From assembly GCF_011745625.1 (NCBI RefSeq), contig NW_027191464.1:124001-188000 (forward strand): a stretch of DNA of 64,000 nt. Reading direction: 5' to 3'. Position numbers and translations under genes: made by a program. Positions 1 through 12,176 of the stretch are shown piece by piece. Source of the DNA: Cladosporium halotolerans (taxonomy: Eukaryota). The number at the start of each line of letters is the position of its first letter. Within the stretch, counting starts at the first letter, position 1. The notes beneath the pieces are model-generated. The model was not told the origin of the DNA, searched no databases, and was given only the letters and a program-made list of their open reading frames with translations.

Positions 1-2
1 GC

Positions 3-86
3 AAACAGGCTCGTGCTGCTCTTCAGGACTACTTTAGCTCCTTCGATCAGACTCGCGCTGCCAAGCGTCGCTCCAGCCTTCGATGA
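3..86 (+). CDS. Possible 3' end of a gene entering the window (…KQARAALQDYFSSFDQTRAAKRRSSLR*)
   Basis: Open frame from the window edge to TGA at 84-86 with protein-like codon usage, followed by A/C-rich UTR-like sequence. Product not identifiable. Confidence 0.5.
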   Translation, partial: KQARAALQDYFSSFDQTRAAKRRSSLR

Positions 87-3000
87 ATGACCATCTCGTC
101 GACATGTCTTGACGCCACTTGACTGAACGACCACCCACGCCACATTTCAATTCTCACCCAACAATTTCAAACCAAATCAAATATACAACAAACCATTAAC
201 AGCCCCAGTCCGACAGCATGGGAGCTGTACAACCTCCCCTCATCTACGCTATGGATTTTGTCACCACGATCTTATGATCGCTGCATTAGCGCCACGCACA
301 TCATGTACTAAAAGTCTCTTTGGTTTCACGATCGACTTCTTTCTCGGGGCCGACCCCAACCAGCTAGGCTGAGGCATTTTCCGCCTCAGCAAGCACACGG
401 AACGGCGTTTTGTTTTCTCTCTCTGAAGGAGCACTGGCAACGGACGGCGTTGAAATTTTCTCGCAGTCTTTGCTGCGCTTCATGTGGATGTTTTCAACCT
501 TTACGGGTTCGCGCGCTACTGCATACGGACGGAGGATACCCTGATTTATGCATCATGTTCATGTACCACGGGAGGAGGAATGGGAGGAGGGGAGAAGGGA
601 AAAAGCAAAGGGAGGCTTTCTTGCGCAATTTCGCCAAAAAGTCCTGCTTTCGCCACCGAGCGAACAGCACCGCACGTCAGCTGCCTGTCTTGCTCCGTAT
701 AGGGGCAAGAGGCTATAGAGTTAGTCTAGCTAGCGCTGCACCACTCGAATCACAATACCGAGCACCTTGATGCGCACACAACTTCCTCTCCATCGTCATC
801 ATCTTCATCATACTTGTCTCGTGCCACTCTCCATCCAAGTAAGCCAAACATCACGGTGCTTCCACTAGAATCATTACCATCAGAATACGTTCCCCACTCC
901 GTGTCACCCGCCTGTACTCCACCCCGTCCTTTGTGTCATCGACTCCAGCCTCCAGCCCGTCCCCGAGCCGCCAACAAACCCACTATTGTAGTCCACAGCC
1001 ATCAGACTACTGTACAGCGGCCTCCAGTCTCCACCCCGCGCTAAGCCAATCCGTCCCACATCCCCTCCTCCTCGGCCTCCGCTTGCCGACTATAGTCCTC
1101 TTCCCCCCCAACGTAGCCCTATCCAACCCCACAAACGCCACTCCACTCCACTACCAAGCGCAGCGCCGCATCCCACACCCCTCGTCACGCGTGAAGCGCC
1201 AGCCGCTCGCTAGCCTCCAGCCTCCTCCTCCTTCGTGCTCGCGGACCGAACACAACCTCCCACGCATCATCGCGCTTTAGCGCGCGGAGGTGCGCGCTTG
1301 GCGGGCGCTGGGACTGCATGCGCCTGCGTCTGGATGGGAGGATGCAGAGTACGCCATGGGGGGGCTGGCGCGTCACCCTGCGTGCGTGCGTGCGTGGGCT
1401 GGAGAAGAAGGGAAGGGAAGGGAAGGGGACCGAGCAGAGAACGGAGGAGGGGTCCTTCGTCCCTGCTTGATGAGAGAGAGGGACGGGAGACACGAGGGAT
1501 GAGCGTGCGCGTGGTTGTGCTGTGCTGTGCAGATCGCGATGGGCGGCGGGCGCTTCGTCACGGTCTGCGGGGCGAGGACTATCTGCCTGTCTGCCTGTCT
1601 GTCTGTCTATCTCTGACCCTGGGGTGTGCTATCTACATCGCGTCTACTACTGCGGCATGTATGGTTAGGTGATATGCTACTGCAGCGACTCTCGGCACGC
1701 CGCACCCGCGCCCTTTGCCATATCTCCCGCGCGCCTTATCGTCGGCACGAGCACACTCCCGTACATATAGCGCCTCCATACAGTACCACTACTGCAAAAT
1801 CCCCTGCACTACCCCACACAAGAGGCGTTTAATCTGCAGATTAGTTAGATTGCGACACCCTCCCTCTGCTGCGCACCTGCGCGGCGTGTGGCTGGCTGGC
1901 GCTCGCTCGCTCGCTACTCGCAGGATTCCCACCTGCACACTTACAGCTACGGCGCGGTCCTTCCTGTGCCGTGACGAAAGGCTCGGTCTTGGAGAAAGAC
2001 AGAGAGGGCTCGTCTGCTCTGCGTGGCTGCAGATTTGTGCAGGGGCGCTTGGGGAGCGGCGGCGAGAGCGCATACCTTACAAACCAAGGTACCTTACGCT
2101 GGCTGGCGACCTCTCCTCCCGCTGCATTGCGCATCGTCTCGGAGCGTCGCACACAACGTCATGCGACATACAGTAAGGTAGTCTCTCGCTCCCCAAGCGT
2201 GCCTTTGCGCTGGGTCTTGGAAGAGAGAGGGAGCGGGGGTTGGGTTGTTGGCTCCCCACCCCCCAGTGATGGCGACATTTCTTGCGTTTCACGACTCGGA
2301 GATTGGCCCGATCACTGAGGGGGAGGGGACCACGTATTGCTGAAGATAACTCCAACATTGCGACTCGCGCCGGGTGGGGGATTAGAGTTCGATATCGGGG
2401 TCAGCTATGTTTCGCTTGAGCGCAGGTCGGCACTCTGACGACTTGGGGGTGCGTGTTTTTGTTATCGTGCGGTGCTCAGGCGCGCAGGAGCGTACCTCTT
2501 AAGGATTCTGAAACCCTTCGGCAGGGAGTGGTGTGGGGTTTGAAGGGTGGGGCGTTTTGGGTTTGATAAGAGAGAGGTGTTTGTTGATAGCGAGGGGAGG
2601 GGGAGTGCTTTGCTGTTCGCGGGGATTGACGGTGCTTGAGTCGCTGGCTGTGGGATCGTCGCTTCTGGGGTGTGCTGGCTGGTTGTGGAACTGAGCGAGT
2701 TTGGAACGTTGGACAGATTGTCCATTGCCTGCTGTGATGTGATCGTGAAAGTGCCTTCGGCACGAGAAAGGTGGCCACAGCGTGAAAGCTTCACGCTTCT
2801 GTCCTCCGGTCTGTGCCCGGTCCGGAGCGAAGAGGATTCCTTCAGGGTAAATCGAGATCTGTGATTGTGGAGACTCATATGTCGGACGATAACCGGCATC
2901 CGCTAACGACTCTTGGCTATACTCAATGTAGTTGTGGAACGCATGCATGGCGAGAGTCGGGAGTTGGGTATGATAAGGCCTGTATTGGTGGGGCTTGTGG

Positions 3001-3942
3001 GGAGGCATGTGGGATATGTCTCACGCGAGCTGCTTTCGTAGTTGAAGCTCCTGTTAGAGTACAGATTAGGATGCTTATCTCAAGGCGAGGGACGCAGGTG
3101 CAGAGGTGGAGACCTTCATGCAATAAGACCTGGGTAAAGATTGACTTCGGCTGTTGCTGATGGTAGAGACATCACTGCTGTTATCTATCAATGCCATGGT
3201 ACGGCTCGAAGAAGTAGGCGGTTGTCTATTAGTCGCTGCTGCATAATTGAGTGGAGCTCTCTTGCCATCTGACTTGGGCTTCTGGCATATAGTCATTCCG
3301 GAGCGGGAAGACATTGAAGTCCGATGGGAAACGACAGGTAAAGCGCTGAAGAAAAAGGGCCTGTGGCGGATGTTGTTCGCTTGCTTGCTCTTCTCAGGCG
3401 ACATATATCTCGCCCTCCAAGGTACTCATGGGTCGTACAAGGAGGTTCAAGACCAGTACCAGAGCCTCGATCTCGGTGTCTTTGCATTAATCAACGAAGG
3501 ACACGTCAGACTCGTTTGGATGGTTACAAGTCGTCTGCTGGAGCGGATAGCTGAAACGGAAAGCTGAATTGATTGATGAGATTGGCATTCCATGATGAAG
3601 TCTTTCCTGCTAGAGGTCGATTCTCAAAATCTCATTTCTATGATGCTGCCTCGTTATTTGTCTCCTGCAAGCAACGAGGTCCGACGTTAGTGGGCTTCCA
3701 TGGGGCGTCTTGAAATGTAGCTGTCGTTCAATCCAGCACTCAGATATATATGCTGTCTGATGTGACTTGCGTGTCCAGCTCAATGCAGGTCTATTCGGTT
3801 CCTTGCACTCGCCGTCGCTCCCCTAACTCCGTCCGAAACATCTTTATTATTGCGGTCATTGGCAAACACCAAGCCTCTTCCTGAATTTTTTTCTGCCGCT
3901 CCCGGTCTCAGGTTTTCCCAACCCATGCTCTTCAATGCTTCC

Positions 3943-4668
3943 TTATTTCGCAGTCTCCGGCGCGCAGAAAGCCTCGAACTCCGCCCAGGCCTTCTCGAGA
4001 TCGTCGTTAATCACGATCTTGTCATGCACGCCCGGCGTCTTAGAAAACGCAATCTCGTTCTCCGCCTGCTTCAGACGCGCCAGGATTGCCTCCTCACTGT
4101 CCGAAGCACGGCCTCTCAGCCTCTGCTCCAGGACCTCCACGGACGGCGGCTGCAAGAAGAGGAAGCGCGCGTTCAGATCCGTCTTCTTGACCTGCTTGAC
4201 TCCCTGCAACGATCCCCAACATCAGCCTCTGCAACCCCCCTACACGATCAAAGCGAAACTTACCTCCATCTCAATATCCAAAATGCACGTCTGCCCCTTC
4301 TCCCTCACATCTTTCACGGCCTGCACGCTCGTCCCGTAAAGGTTGCTGCCGAACTGCGCGTGCTCGATGAAGCCGTTGGCGTCGACGAGCTTCGTGAAAT
4401 CCTCCCGCGTCACAAAGTGGTAGTCCCTGTGATTCTCCTCGCCGGCGCGTGGGTTGCGCGTCGTGTGCGAGACGCTGAAGCCGTAGCGGTTCGGGTGCGC
4501 GGCGAGCAGGCGCTTGAGGAGGGTCGACTTGCCGGCGCCCGAGGGACCGGAGATCACGATTGGGCGGGTGTCTGTGTCGTGAGAGGATTGTTGTTAGGAG
4601 GTGGGGTGTTGTTTTTGAGGGGTCTGTGGGCTTTTTGGAGGGGATAGGGTCTTTTGCTCACCGGACAT
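3943..4668 (-). CDS. GUK1: Guanylate kinase; exons 4668-4662, 4571-4264, 4203-3943
   Basis: Spliced protein [19 protein letters not shown] (P-loop), [40 protein letters not shown] donors and CAG acceptors restore the frame. Confidence 0.96.
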
Positions 4669-5019
4669 TGTCGCGAAGAAGCGGCGGCGGTGCTCCCAGG
4701 AGGCTTTGAGGAATTGGTGTCTGGAGACGGTCGTCAAGCAGTAAAGCTGACGGACTGTCGTGTGCATGAGGCTCGCTACAAATCCATGTTGTGCTAGTAG
4801 TCAGCGCGGTGTCTAGACTCGACCGCTTTCGTGGGAGGTGGAGCGCGGTGCGCGGCCGACAGTCGGCGGTGGAAGTTGCGCTTTGCCGAAACGGGGTGTG
4901 AAGAAAGGGAATGCCGGGGTGGGTTTGCGGATATTGGTTCATTATATCTACATAAAATACAGGCTGTTGTGCTTATTTGCAAGGGATATCAATGCAGACG
5001 CTGGCAAATGCATGAGTTG

Positions 5020-7083
5020 CTAACGGTCAACCCGTTTGCTTTCGACGAACCTCTCCAACTGCAGCAGGTCGTCGCTGTTGCAGTCCTTCCACCGGGCTTT
5101 GATCTCTTCTGCTACCTCCAGCATCCGTGGAGTGCCCATGCACTTGGCGAAAGCTCGAATTACCACCTTTGCGAGACTCAATGTGAAGTACGGCGTTTTG
5201 TCTTCCTCCGATACTGCCAAGCGGCCTGGATCTTCGCCTTCATCTGCCAGTGACAACATTCCTCCGGGTCCAACGGACTGATCGACATCCACATCCTCGT
5301 CCGGCATTCCTACGTTGAAATGAAGAGTTTGAACGCTCTGACTACCAGTTGAGAGCCAATAGCCAGCGTTTGGCGCCGTGGACGCCTCAAGAAAATCTTT
5401 CCAGAAATGTTCGAGAACGCTAGGTTTCCATTCTGAGTGGGCGAAGCCTCCGTGGATGATGAAGGCGGTGAAAATGTCGAGGTAAATACTGCCCTGGACG
5501 TGGAACCCGCGCTCCTTGTTCTCGGCGAGCAATTCCTTGACACGATCTAGCTCTCCTGAAACTCTGCAGCAGTAGCGCAAAAGGATCCTGTAGGTTCTGG
5601 CGTTGGGATTGATAGGACTTGCTTCTTGAAGTTGCTCTCGTCGATCGTCCCCGGAGAAATGCGTGCCGAAGAATGATCTTTCGTGCGCTTCACGCTCTGC
5701 TCGCAGTTGCTTGCCAGCCTTATTGAGCATTTTAGCCAATTGGCGCTGCCCTCTCCAATCGTCTGGTCCTCTGGTCCCGAACTTCTCTGCGTGTAGAGCT
5801 TTCATCTTGCGAAAGACATGATCTGCAGCACCCGCTTCTCCAGATCGAATCAGAGAGACGATTACACAGTTCATGACAGCTGAGTCAATGATTTCGCCAG
5901 CGTTGACCATGTCGTTGAAGGCCTTGCGAACGCCATCGCCCTCTCCGCGCAAACCTGCGTAGTAAATCCAGCTAATACGAAAGTATCTGTCCAGCTCCAT
6001 TCCACGAGCTTTCAACTCGCTGTAGACCGTATCCGCCAGTGCAAACCGACCCGCTTTGACTGCAACATAGAACAGAGTGTTAAATGTCACGTTGTCAGCC
6101 TTGACGCCTGCTTCCTCCATCTTCAACCATAGTTCGATGGCATCTTTGACTTCGTGATCAGTACTTTCCTTCACCGCGCGACCAGCAAATTGTATGGCAG
6201 AAGTCCATTCTTTCTCAGTGAGTTGGATTTGCTCGCCCAGGCAGTCTTCCAGTATCGAGAAATATCGTTTCCGCGCAGTCTCGTCGTAGACACGTTCTGT
6301 CCAGGTTAAATGACTCAACAAGGTTCGAATCTTCCAATCACTCATATATCGTAAACGAGGGGCTCTCAACGCTCGATAGGCCTTCCATAAGGTAGCATGC
6401 GAGGCTTTACCGCGCGGCCGCCGCAATAAGTCGTGCAGCCTATCCAATTGCATTTCGTGATGATCGTCTTCAGGCTCGAGGACGACGCGCGGAGCGTACG
6501 GAGGCTGGTCTTCTTCTCGCGGCGTCACCACCAAGCGCGGCGCGAGAGGCTGTCCCTTGCTTTTCCTCTTGCTGCTGCGGCCCTGCAGACCAAATGCCGG
6601 TTGGTCCCACATGTCTGAAGGCGTACCGTACGTATTCACAATGTCCTTGTATTCCTCTTTCGAAATCTCCGGCATAGGCAAAGGCTCTTCCTCCTCCAGT
6701 GCTTTGGCCACAGCATGTTCCTGCCTCTTAGCATTTGTTGATATTCCACGCCTGCTGCCGACGGTATTCAGCGACTTATTATCCTTCTTTCCCCATCCCC
6801 TCGCGCCCTGTTGCCATCTCCTAGACAGGTCTGCTCGGTGATGTCTGCAATGGCCTGCCGCGACGAGCGACTGTATGAAAACATGTTCGAGTTCCGATTG
6901 GGCGGGCTGCGGACGCCGGAAAGCGTTGCCATGCTGTCGATTCCGGTCGGACCTTGTCGGTGTGTCGCCGCCCAGTGCTCGTTCAAAAATCAAAGGCAGA
7001 TCTTGCGCAACGCGAGAACAGGCATTTATCGACGTCGAGGGGACAGAGGAATGCCGTCTCGTAAGAGTGCCGAGTATGGACAT
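5020..7083 (-). CDS. Mitochondrial pentatricopeptide-repeat (PPR) protein, 687 aa
   Basis: Long single ORF with PPR-like repeats (e.g. ADNVTFNTLFYVAVKAGRFALADTVYSELKARGMELD; SAVMNCVIVSLIRSGEAGAADHVFRKMK; PNARTYRILL) and an R/S-rich N-terminus. Confidence 0.85.
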   Translation of the reverse strand: MSILGTLTRRHSSVPSTSINACSRVAQDLPLIFERALGGDTPTRSDRNRQHGNAFRRPQPAQSELEHVFIQSLVAAGHCRHHRADLSRRWQQGARGWGKKDNKSLNTVGSRRGISTNAKRQEHAVAKALEEEEPLPMPEISKEEYKDIVNTYGTPSDMWDQPAFGLQGRSSKRKSKGQPLAPRLVVTPREEDQPPYAPRVVLEPEDDHHEMQLDRLHDLLRRPRGKASHATLWKAYRALRAPRLRYMSDWKIRTLLSHLTWTERVYDETARKRYFSILEDCLGEQIQLTEKEWTSAIQFAGRAVKESTDHEVKDAIELWLKMEEAGVKADNVTFNTLFYVAVKAGRFALADTVYSELKARGMELDRYFRISWIYYAGLRGEGDGVRKAFNDMVNAGEIIDSAVMNCVIVSLIRSGEAGAADHVFRKMKALHAEKFGTRGPDDWRGQRQLAKMLNKAGKQLRAEREAHERSFFGTHFSGDDRREQLQEASPINPNARTYRILLRYCCRVSGELDRVKELLAENKERGFHVQGSIYLDIFTAFIIHGGFAHSEWKPSVLEHFWKDFLEASTAPNAGYWLSTGSQSVQTLHFNVGMPDEDVDVDQSVGPGGMLSLADEGEDPGRLAVSEEDKTPYFTLSLAKVVIRAFAKCMGTPRMLEVAEEIKARWKDCNSDDLLQLERFVESKRVDR

Positions 7084-7468
7084 GAAGCGCCAAACATTGT
7101 GTCCAATCAGCTCATCTGCAGGCGATGCTCATGCCTGTATAGCCTCGCAAAAAAACAGTAGGTCGCGTGCAAGTCGATCTGACACGTTCTCGCCGTGCAC
7201 CCTCGACGCCTCAGATGAAAGTCGGCCATCACTCGCGCCAAGAAGCGCTTCTCCGACCAGCCCGCGGGCAAACCCCCGAGATTTGGCTGCTGGCCCAGGA
7301 CGAGCGACACGGCGAGACGGACGCAGCATTGGATTGGGGGCAGAAGCAAGTTATTTTCGGATTTCCGGAGGAAGCTACAACGAGAGCCGCTCTCCGGTCG
7401 CTCACGACAAGCGCATCAGGCGCGCACAACACCGTCCTCGAAAATCACCCTCAGGCCCTAACTTCAAG

Positions 7469-8296
7469 ATGGGCCGCCTGGATCTCTCTGCACAGCGCGT
7501 GCACAAGTATGCATCGCAACTCATGAAAGCCGGAAGACTGCGACAACCTCCTCCCTGGTATGAGACAGTCGGCAGCGTTCCTCCTTCAGCCCGCCTGGTC
7601 CGCCCAGTCATGCAGCGCCCTCAGAAAGCCGGCAAGAAGGCATCACGACTATTTAGCCCTGTCAAAGTCTCCTACGAAGAGGACAGATTACGATGGGAGT
7701 ATTTCAATGACCACCCTTGGGAACTGGCGAGGCCTCGAGTGATTCTGGAGGATGACGGAAAAGACTACCAGCGCTGGGACTGGGGCCACGCGCTTTGCCA
7801 ACCCGAGGAGAAGGACGTTGGTTTGAGGGGCGTGCAAGAATGGCAGGAGAAGCAAAAGGCTCAGGCGAACAGACCGATCAACGGTGAAGCGGTGGTGCAG
7901 AGGCAAAAGTGGTTGATGAGGAACGTTGGATTGACAGAAGCGGCGGCATACGACAAGGCGAGAAAGGAGCTCTACCGGACACGGCACGCCCGCGAGATTG
8001 AGAACCGTGTTGCGAAGGAGGAGGCGATGGCGTATGGAGCATTCTTCGGCAAGGGTCCGCTGGAGATCGGTATGGACCTCGAAGACGAGCAGTACGCGAA
8101 CTGGCTCGAGTGGGCCAAGAACCAGGCCATGCTGCTGCAGGCACAGGCCAACAGCGCCTACACTGGCAATGAGTCCGATGAATCGCAGACTAGCATTTCA
8201 GATCCGCAGCAGGAAGAATTGCAGCTAGTCGAGGATGATGTGCCTGCGAGCCGCGCTGGCCAGACGGCTCGGGGCGGTGCGGCTGTGCACCCCTAA
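7469..8296 (+). CDS. RSM25: Mitochondrial small-subunit ribosomal protein mS23 (37S ribosomal protein S25)
   Basis: MGRLDLSAQRVH…PPPWY…YEEDRLRWEYFNDHPWELARPRVILEDDG…AYDKARKELY matches the Rsm25 family. The likely start is ATG 7469, not the upstream start shown in the ORF track. Confidence 0.9.
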   Translation: MGRLDLSAQRVHKYASQLMKAGRLRQPPPWYETVGSVPPSARLVRPVMQRPQKAGKKASRLFSPVKVSYEEDRLRWEYFNDHPWELARPRVILEDDGKDYQRWDWGHALCQPEEKDVGLRGVQEWQEKQKAQANRPINGEAVVQRQKWLMRNVGLTEAAAYDKARKELYRTRHAREIENRVAKEEAMAYGAFFGKGPLEIGMDLEDEQYANWLEWAKNQAMLLQAQANSAYTGNESDESQTSISDPQQEELQLVEDDVPASRAGQTARGGAAVHP

Positions 8297-8650
8297 ACTG
8301 TACCATATTATTATACCTGAAGCATGTTCAAATACAAGATCTTAAGATGCATTAGTATTCCTCGAAACAGCCAGTTCTTAAGTACAGGCATTGTTTACCG
8401 TAAATAGGACTGCGCTGGCCTGCCAGTGTTGGCACGTGCACGCCTGACTTTCTTGACTTCAGTCGCACTTCCCTTGCACCTCCTACGATTGACGTTGCAA
8501 ATTATACTGCCTGCGGTAATGTCTTTTTGGCTGGCAGATAGCGAACATGCTGTTCATGTCATTGGTGTATGATCAGGATATTGCCACCTGCGAGCGGTAG
8601 TCATCAGGCATTCGACTCGACAACATATTCGTTGATCGTTTCTGTGTGTC

Positions 8651-10169
8651 ATGCCTGGCGGAATGGGCAAGAAACTGGGCCAAAAGGTCGACATCGACTT
8701 CACCCTTCGCAAAATCTTTGGCAAAGATAGTTTCAGGTACAGTATGCGACAGAAAATGTTTTCACAACTATCTTGCTGACCTCTACAGGCCCGTTCAACG
8801 TGAAGTGATCAACGCGGGACTGGACGGCCACGACGTCTTCCTCCAGGCTGCAACCAGCTTTGGCAAAAGTTTATGCTTCCAGCTGCCTGCCGTGGTTGAC
8901 TATGGCATCACCATTGTTATATCGCCTTTACTGGCGCTTATGAACAACCAAATCGCGTCGCTACGCGCTGCAGGCATCAATGTGGCGACCATCAATAGCA
9001 CGACACCACACTCCGTCAAGACTGCGATCCTGGAAGATTTGAAAAGCGGCCACCCTCATACGCGTCTGCTCTATGTAACACCAGAGTACTGCCAATTGGA
9101 CAACTTCCGAAAACACCTCCGTATCGTCCACGAGCAAAGGGAGCTCGCGAGAATTGCGGTCGATGAAGCCCACTGCATCTCAGAATGGGGCCATGACTTC
9201 AGGCCTAGTTTCAAGGAGCTCAACTTTTTCAAGCGAGAATTTCCGGACGTGCCGATGATTTGCTGTACCGCGACAGCGACGGACCGCGTCCGCGACGATG
9301 TCATCAGCATTCTCGGCCTGGACCGAACGAAGCTGAAGTCTTTCATGATGACAACGAGCCGCCCGAACCTCCACTACGAGATCCGCTTCAAATGCGACGA
9401 GGAGGACCATTACGACGATTTCCTCGCCTGGCTCAAGGGGACCTATGCTCGCAGAGCCAACAACGCCGCACGCTCACAAGAACTCTCGCAACGGAACGAG
9501 CGAGCCACGAATGTCCCCGGGATCATCTACACCCTGTACCGCAAGGACACAGAAGCGCTCGCGGCTCGCCTTCGCAACGACGGTATCGGCGCAAAGCCTT
9601 ACCACGCCGGCCTGACGACCGAACAGAAAGACGACCACTTGCACGGCTGGGTGGCGAACAAGGTGGGCTACGATGTCATTGTCGCGACTACAGCGTTTGG
9701 CATGGGCATCGACAAAGACAACGTCCGCTTCGTCGTGCACTGGCAGATGCCCAAGTCTTTCGAGGGATTCTATCAAGAAGCCGGTCGAGCTGGCAGAGAC
9801 GGCAAGGCGTCGATATGCATACTCTATTACAGCCGTGAAGACCGCGATCGGGCTGCAATGACCATGTCACGGGAAAGGGAGAAGAACGCAAATGCGAAAG
9901 GTAGCGCGGCAGCGAGAGGTGAGCAGGCCATGGTGAACCGGATTAAGAGCCTGCAAGCTTTGATCGGCTACTGCGAGGCCGTCAAGAATTGCCGTCATAA
10001 GCTGATTGCAAGTTACTTCGGAGATGAATCGAAAGCGCCGTGTCAGTGGGCCTGCGATTGGCACAAGGATGCCAAGCTGCTTGCAAGGAAGAAGGACAAG
10101 GGACTTGCCAGCGAAGAGTGGTGTTCTACTCAGAGGGAGACTGGAGCTTATTATGACGAATACGACTGA
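8651..10169 (+). CDS. Short RecQ-family DNA helicase; exons 8651-8736, 8789-10169 (alternative start 8663)
   Basis: Motif 0 (IFGKDSFR|PVQ across the intron), ATSFGKSLCFQLPA, DEAHCISEWGHDFRPSF, TATAT, YHAGL, ATTAFGMGIDK, YQEAGRAGRDG, and Zn-binding RQC cysteines CRH…CQWACD. Confidence 0.93.
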
Positions 10170-10255
10170 TTGATGGTATCATGAGATGCTATTTGAAACG
10201 CTGCAGCTTCCTAATTGCCCGGTTTGCATGAAGAAATGAAAAGCCATGCCTCGAA

Positions 10256-11012
10256 TCACGCTGCTTGGTCCATCCAACGAAGATGCACGATTTTGTTTCG
10301 AGCATCGTTTAGTCTCGCATGAACACTGAATCGACCATTGAACATAAGATTCAAGGTTCGATCTTTGTATGAGAAACGGCCAAATACTGCGACGTTGTTG
10401 CCCAAAGAAAAGACGTTATCGATTTGGAGACCATTAGGAGAGCAAACGCTGTGCAAGCTTGCAAGCAGACTGTGTATCGGAGTGCGGTAACCGTCGACAT
10501 TGGCATTGGGCTCTACGGCAAGCTACACACGCTGTCAGCTTTCAATGCAGTGTTGTGCTGCAGGTGATACCCGAACTCACTTTTTCCTGTTGATAGATTA
10601 TCTGACTGAAGCATTCGAGTTCAGCGTCATCCGCAATCAGCTCGTCAACGACATCGGCTTTGCTCATGTCTGCGAGCATTCTCTCGACTACGCTTTTCGG
10701 TTCCAGCTGCCCTCGAGATTCGATGTGATTTCGTTCTTTACTGTCATTCTGTCCATCTGCACCGTTGGCTTGTCTACCTCGTGACGGCAAAGGCCCAGAA
10801 TCGAATTCTGGCTCTTCCTTTTCCTCCACTGGTGTTGCGGCGAACGATGAACATTCAGAACCAGAAAAACAATCCTCTTCCTCTTGAAGACTCTTCAGAA
10901 TTCTGTCCAATGCAAGACGCTTGCTGGGGCGATGAACCGGTCGAGGCGTGATGACATCCATGAGTCCGGCAATGAATTGCGATTGAGACATCCGTTGGAG
11001 ACAAGCCATCAT
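10256..11012 (-). CDS. SnoaL/NTF2-like (ketosteroid-isomerase-like) domain protein with low-complexity N-terminus; exons 11012-10581, 10522-10256
   Basis: A GTGAGT donor, CTGAC branch and TAG acceptor join two ORF-track pieces in phase 0. Product has VVDELIADDA…IDNVFSLGNNVAVFGRFSY…FSVHARL…KIVHLRWMD, a SnoaL-like pattern. Confidence 0.7.
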
Positions 11013-12176
11013 GCTATTTCATGCCACAAGGCATATATATAAACAAAACCCGTCCCATCTCCCAATCGTCCGTAACATGCCACTCTCGGTCGAATTTAAC
11101 GCCACCGCAGCCAAATCCGCGGAATGAAGGTCGCGGGGAAAAGACTGCGCGGCATCGTGGCGCGGTCGACACTCACACACAAATCTTAGCCCAGCAGACG
11201 TACGTCTTGTGCAGCTTACCGCGACATCGGGGCTTAAGTTCGCCGTTCGCAATGGCGTGACAGGGGAAGAGAGGGCGTCTCGCAGTCGCTTCCTCTTGCG
11301 ACTTTGGTAAGACGGCTTGCACAGCCCACCTGAAGCGCCATCGGCCGTCAGGAGAGATGGCTACGGGCGTTGCGGCGTTAAGTCCTCCGACGTGGGCGTA
11401 TGAGGTATGAGGTACCTGTGGTACCCAGACCAAGGTAGCCGACCGTGGGACCCGGATGCGAGCGGAGAGCGGACCAATTGTGCGCCGTGGTCCGCGGAGG
11501 TCCGGATATGTGAGCGTACATTTGCACGCATCAACCACAGGTATGATGCGTATTAGACAATTATTTTGGCATTCTATGCATACAGTGAATTACATGACAT
11601 GGCCTTTGTGAAATTTAGTTCTCGTGAGGCCTGATGTTACATCTATGTACTGGTTGTCTGTTGAGCCAGCGTTTGGGTGTGGTGAGCCAGTAATCAGGAT
11701 GCCTGTTGCGGTGCACATGCGGTTTTTCGCCTCTTCTTCCTCGGCGTATTGTGAGAACTGGCCATCGCTCGTGTTCTTGATAATAATAGCTGTTCATCAT
11801 GGGCCGAACTACGTCGGTCAAGCTCGCTGGGTACATCGCAATTCGTAATGCGATTATCCTCATGGCGGCATTGGTTTTTTCCCCTCGGTCAATGCGTAAC
11901 GCTGTTGACCGAGAATATTTCCCATCGGTTTTGCCAGGCCTGCTGTCCCTGGCGTTTCTGGTGCTGTCTCTGCGAGTCAGAATTCCTGTAGCAGTGTGTA
12001 CTTTCGTCTCTTGACCAACGCGGTCTTCCGTCAGAGAATCGTTTTCCGCCGCACAAGCAGGTCCGGGCCAGAGCTTGTCGTCAGACGCATCAGGACGGAC
12101 CCTGGCCCCTCGCAGACAGCAGCCACAGCACTCGTCCTGGCTTGCCGGAAATGAGACGTAGAAGATCCAGCTCCAA

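Noticed and set aside
6875..7468. N-terminal 198 aa of the 473-aa ORF in the track
   Set aside because: It overlaps the divergent PPR gene and its promoter; Rsm25 similarity starts at ATG 7469.
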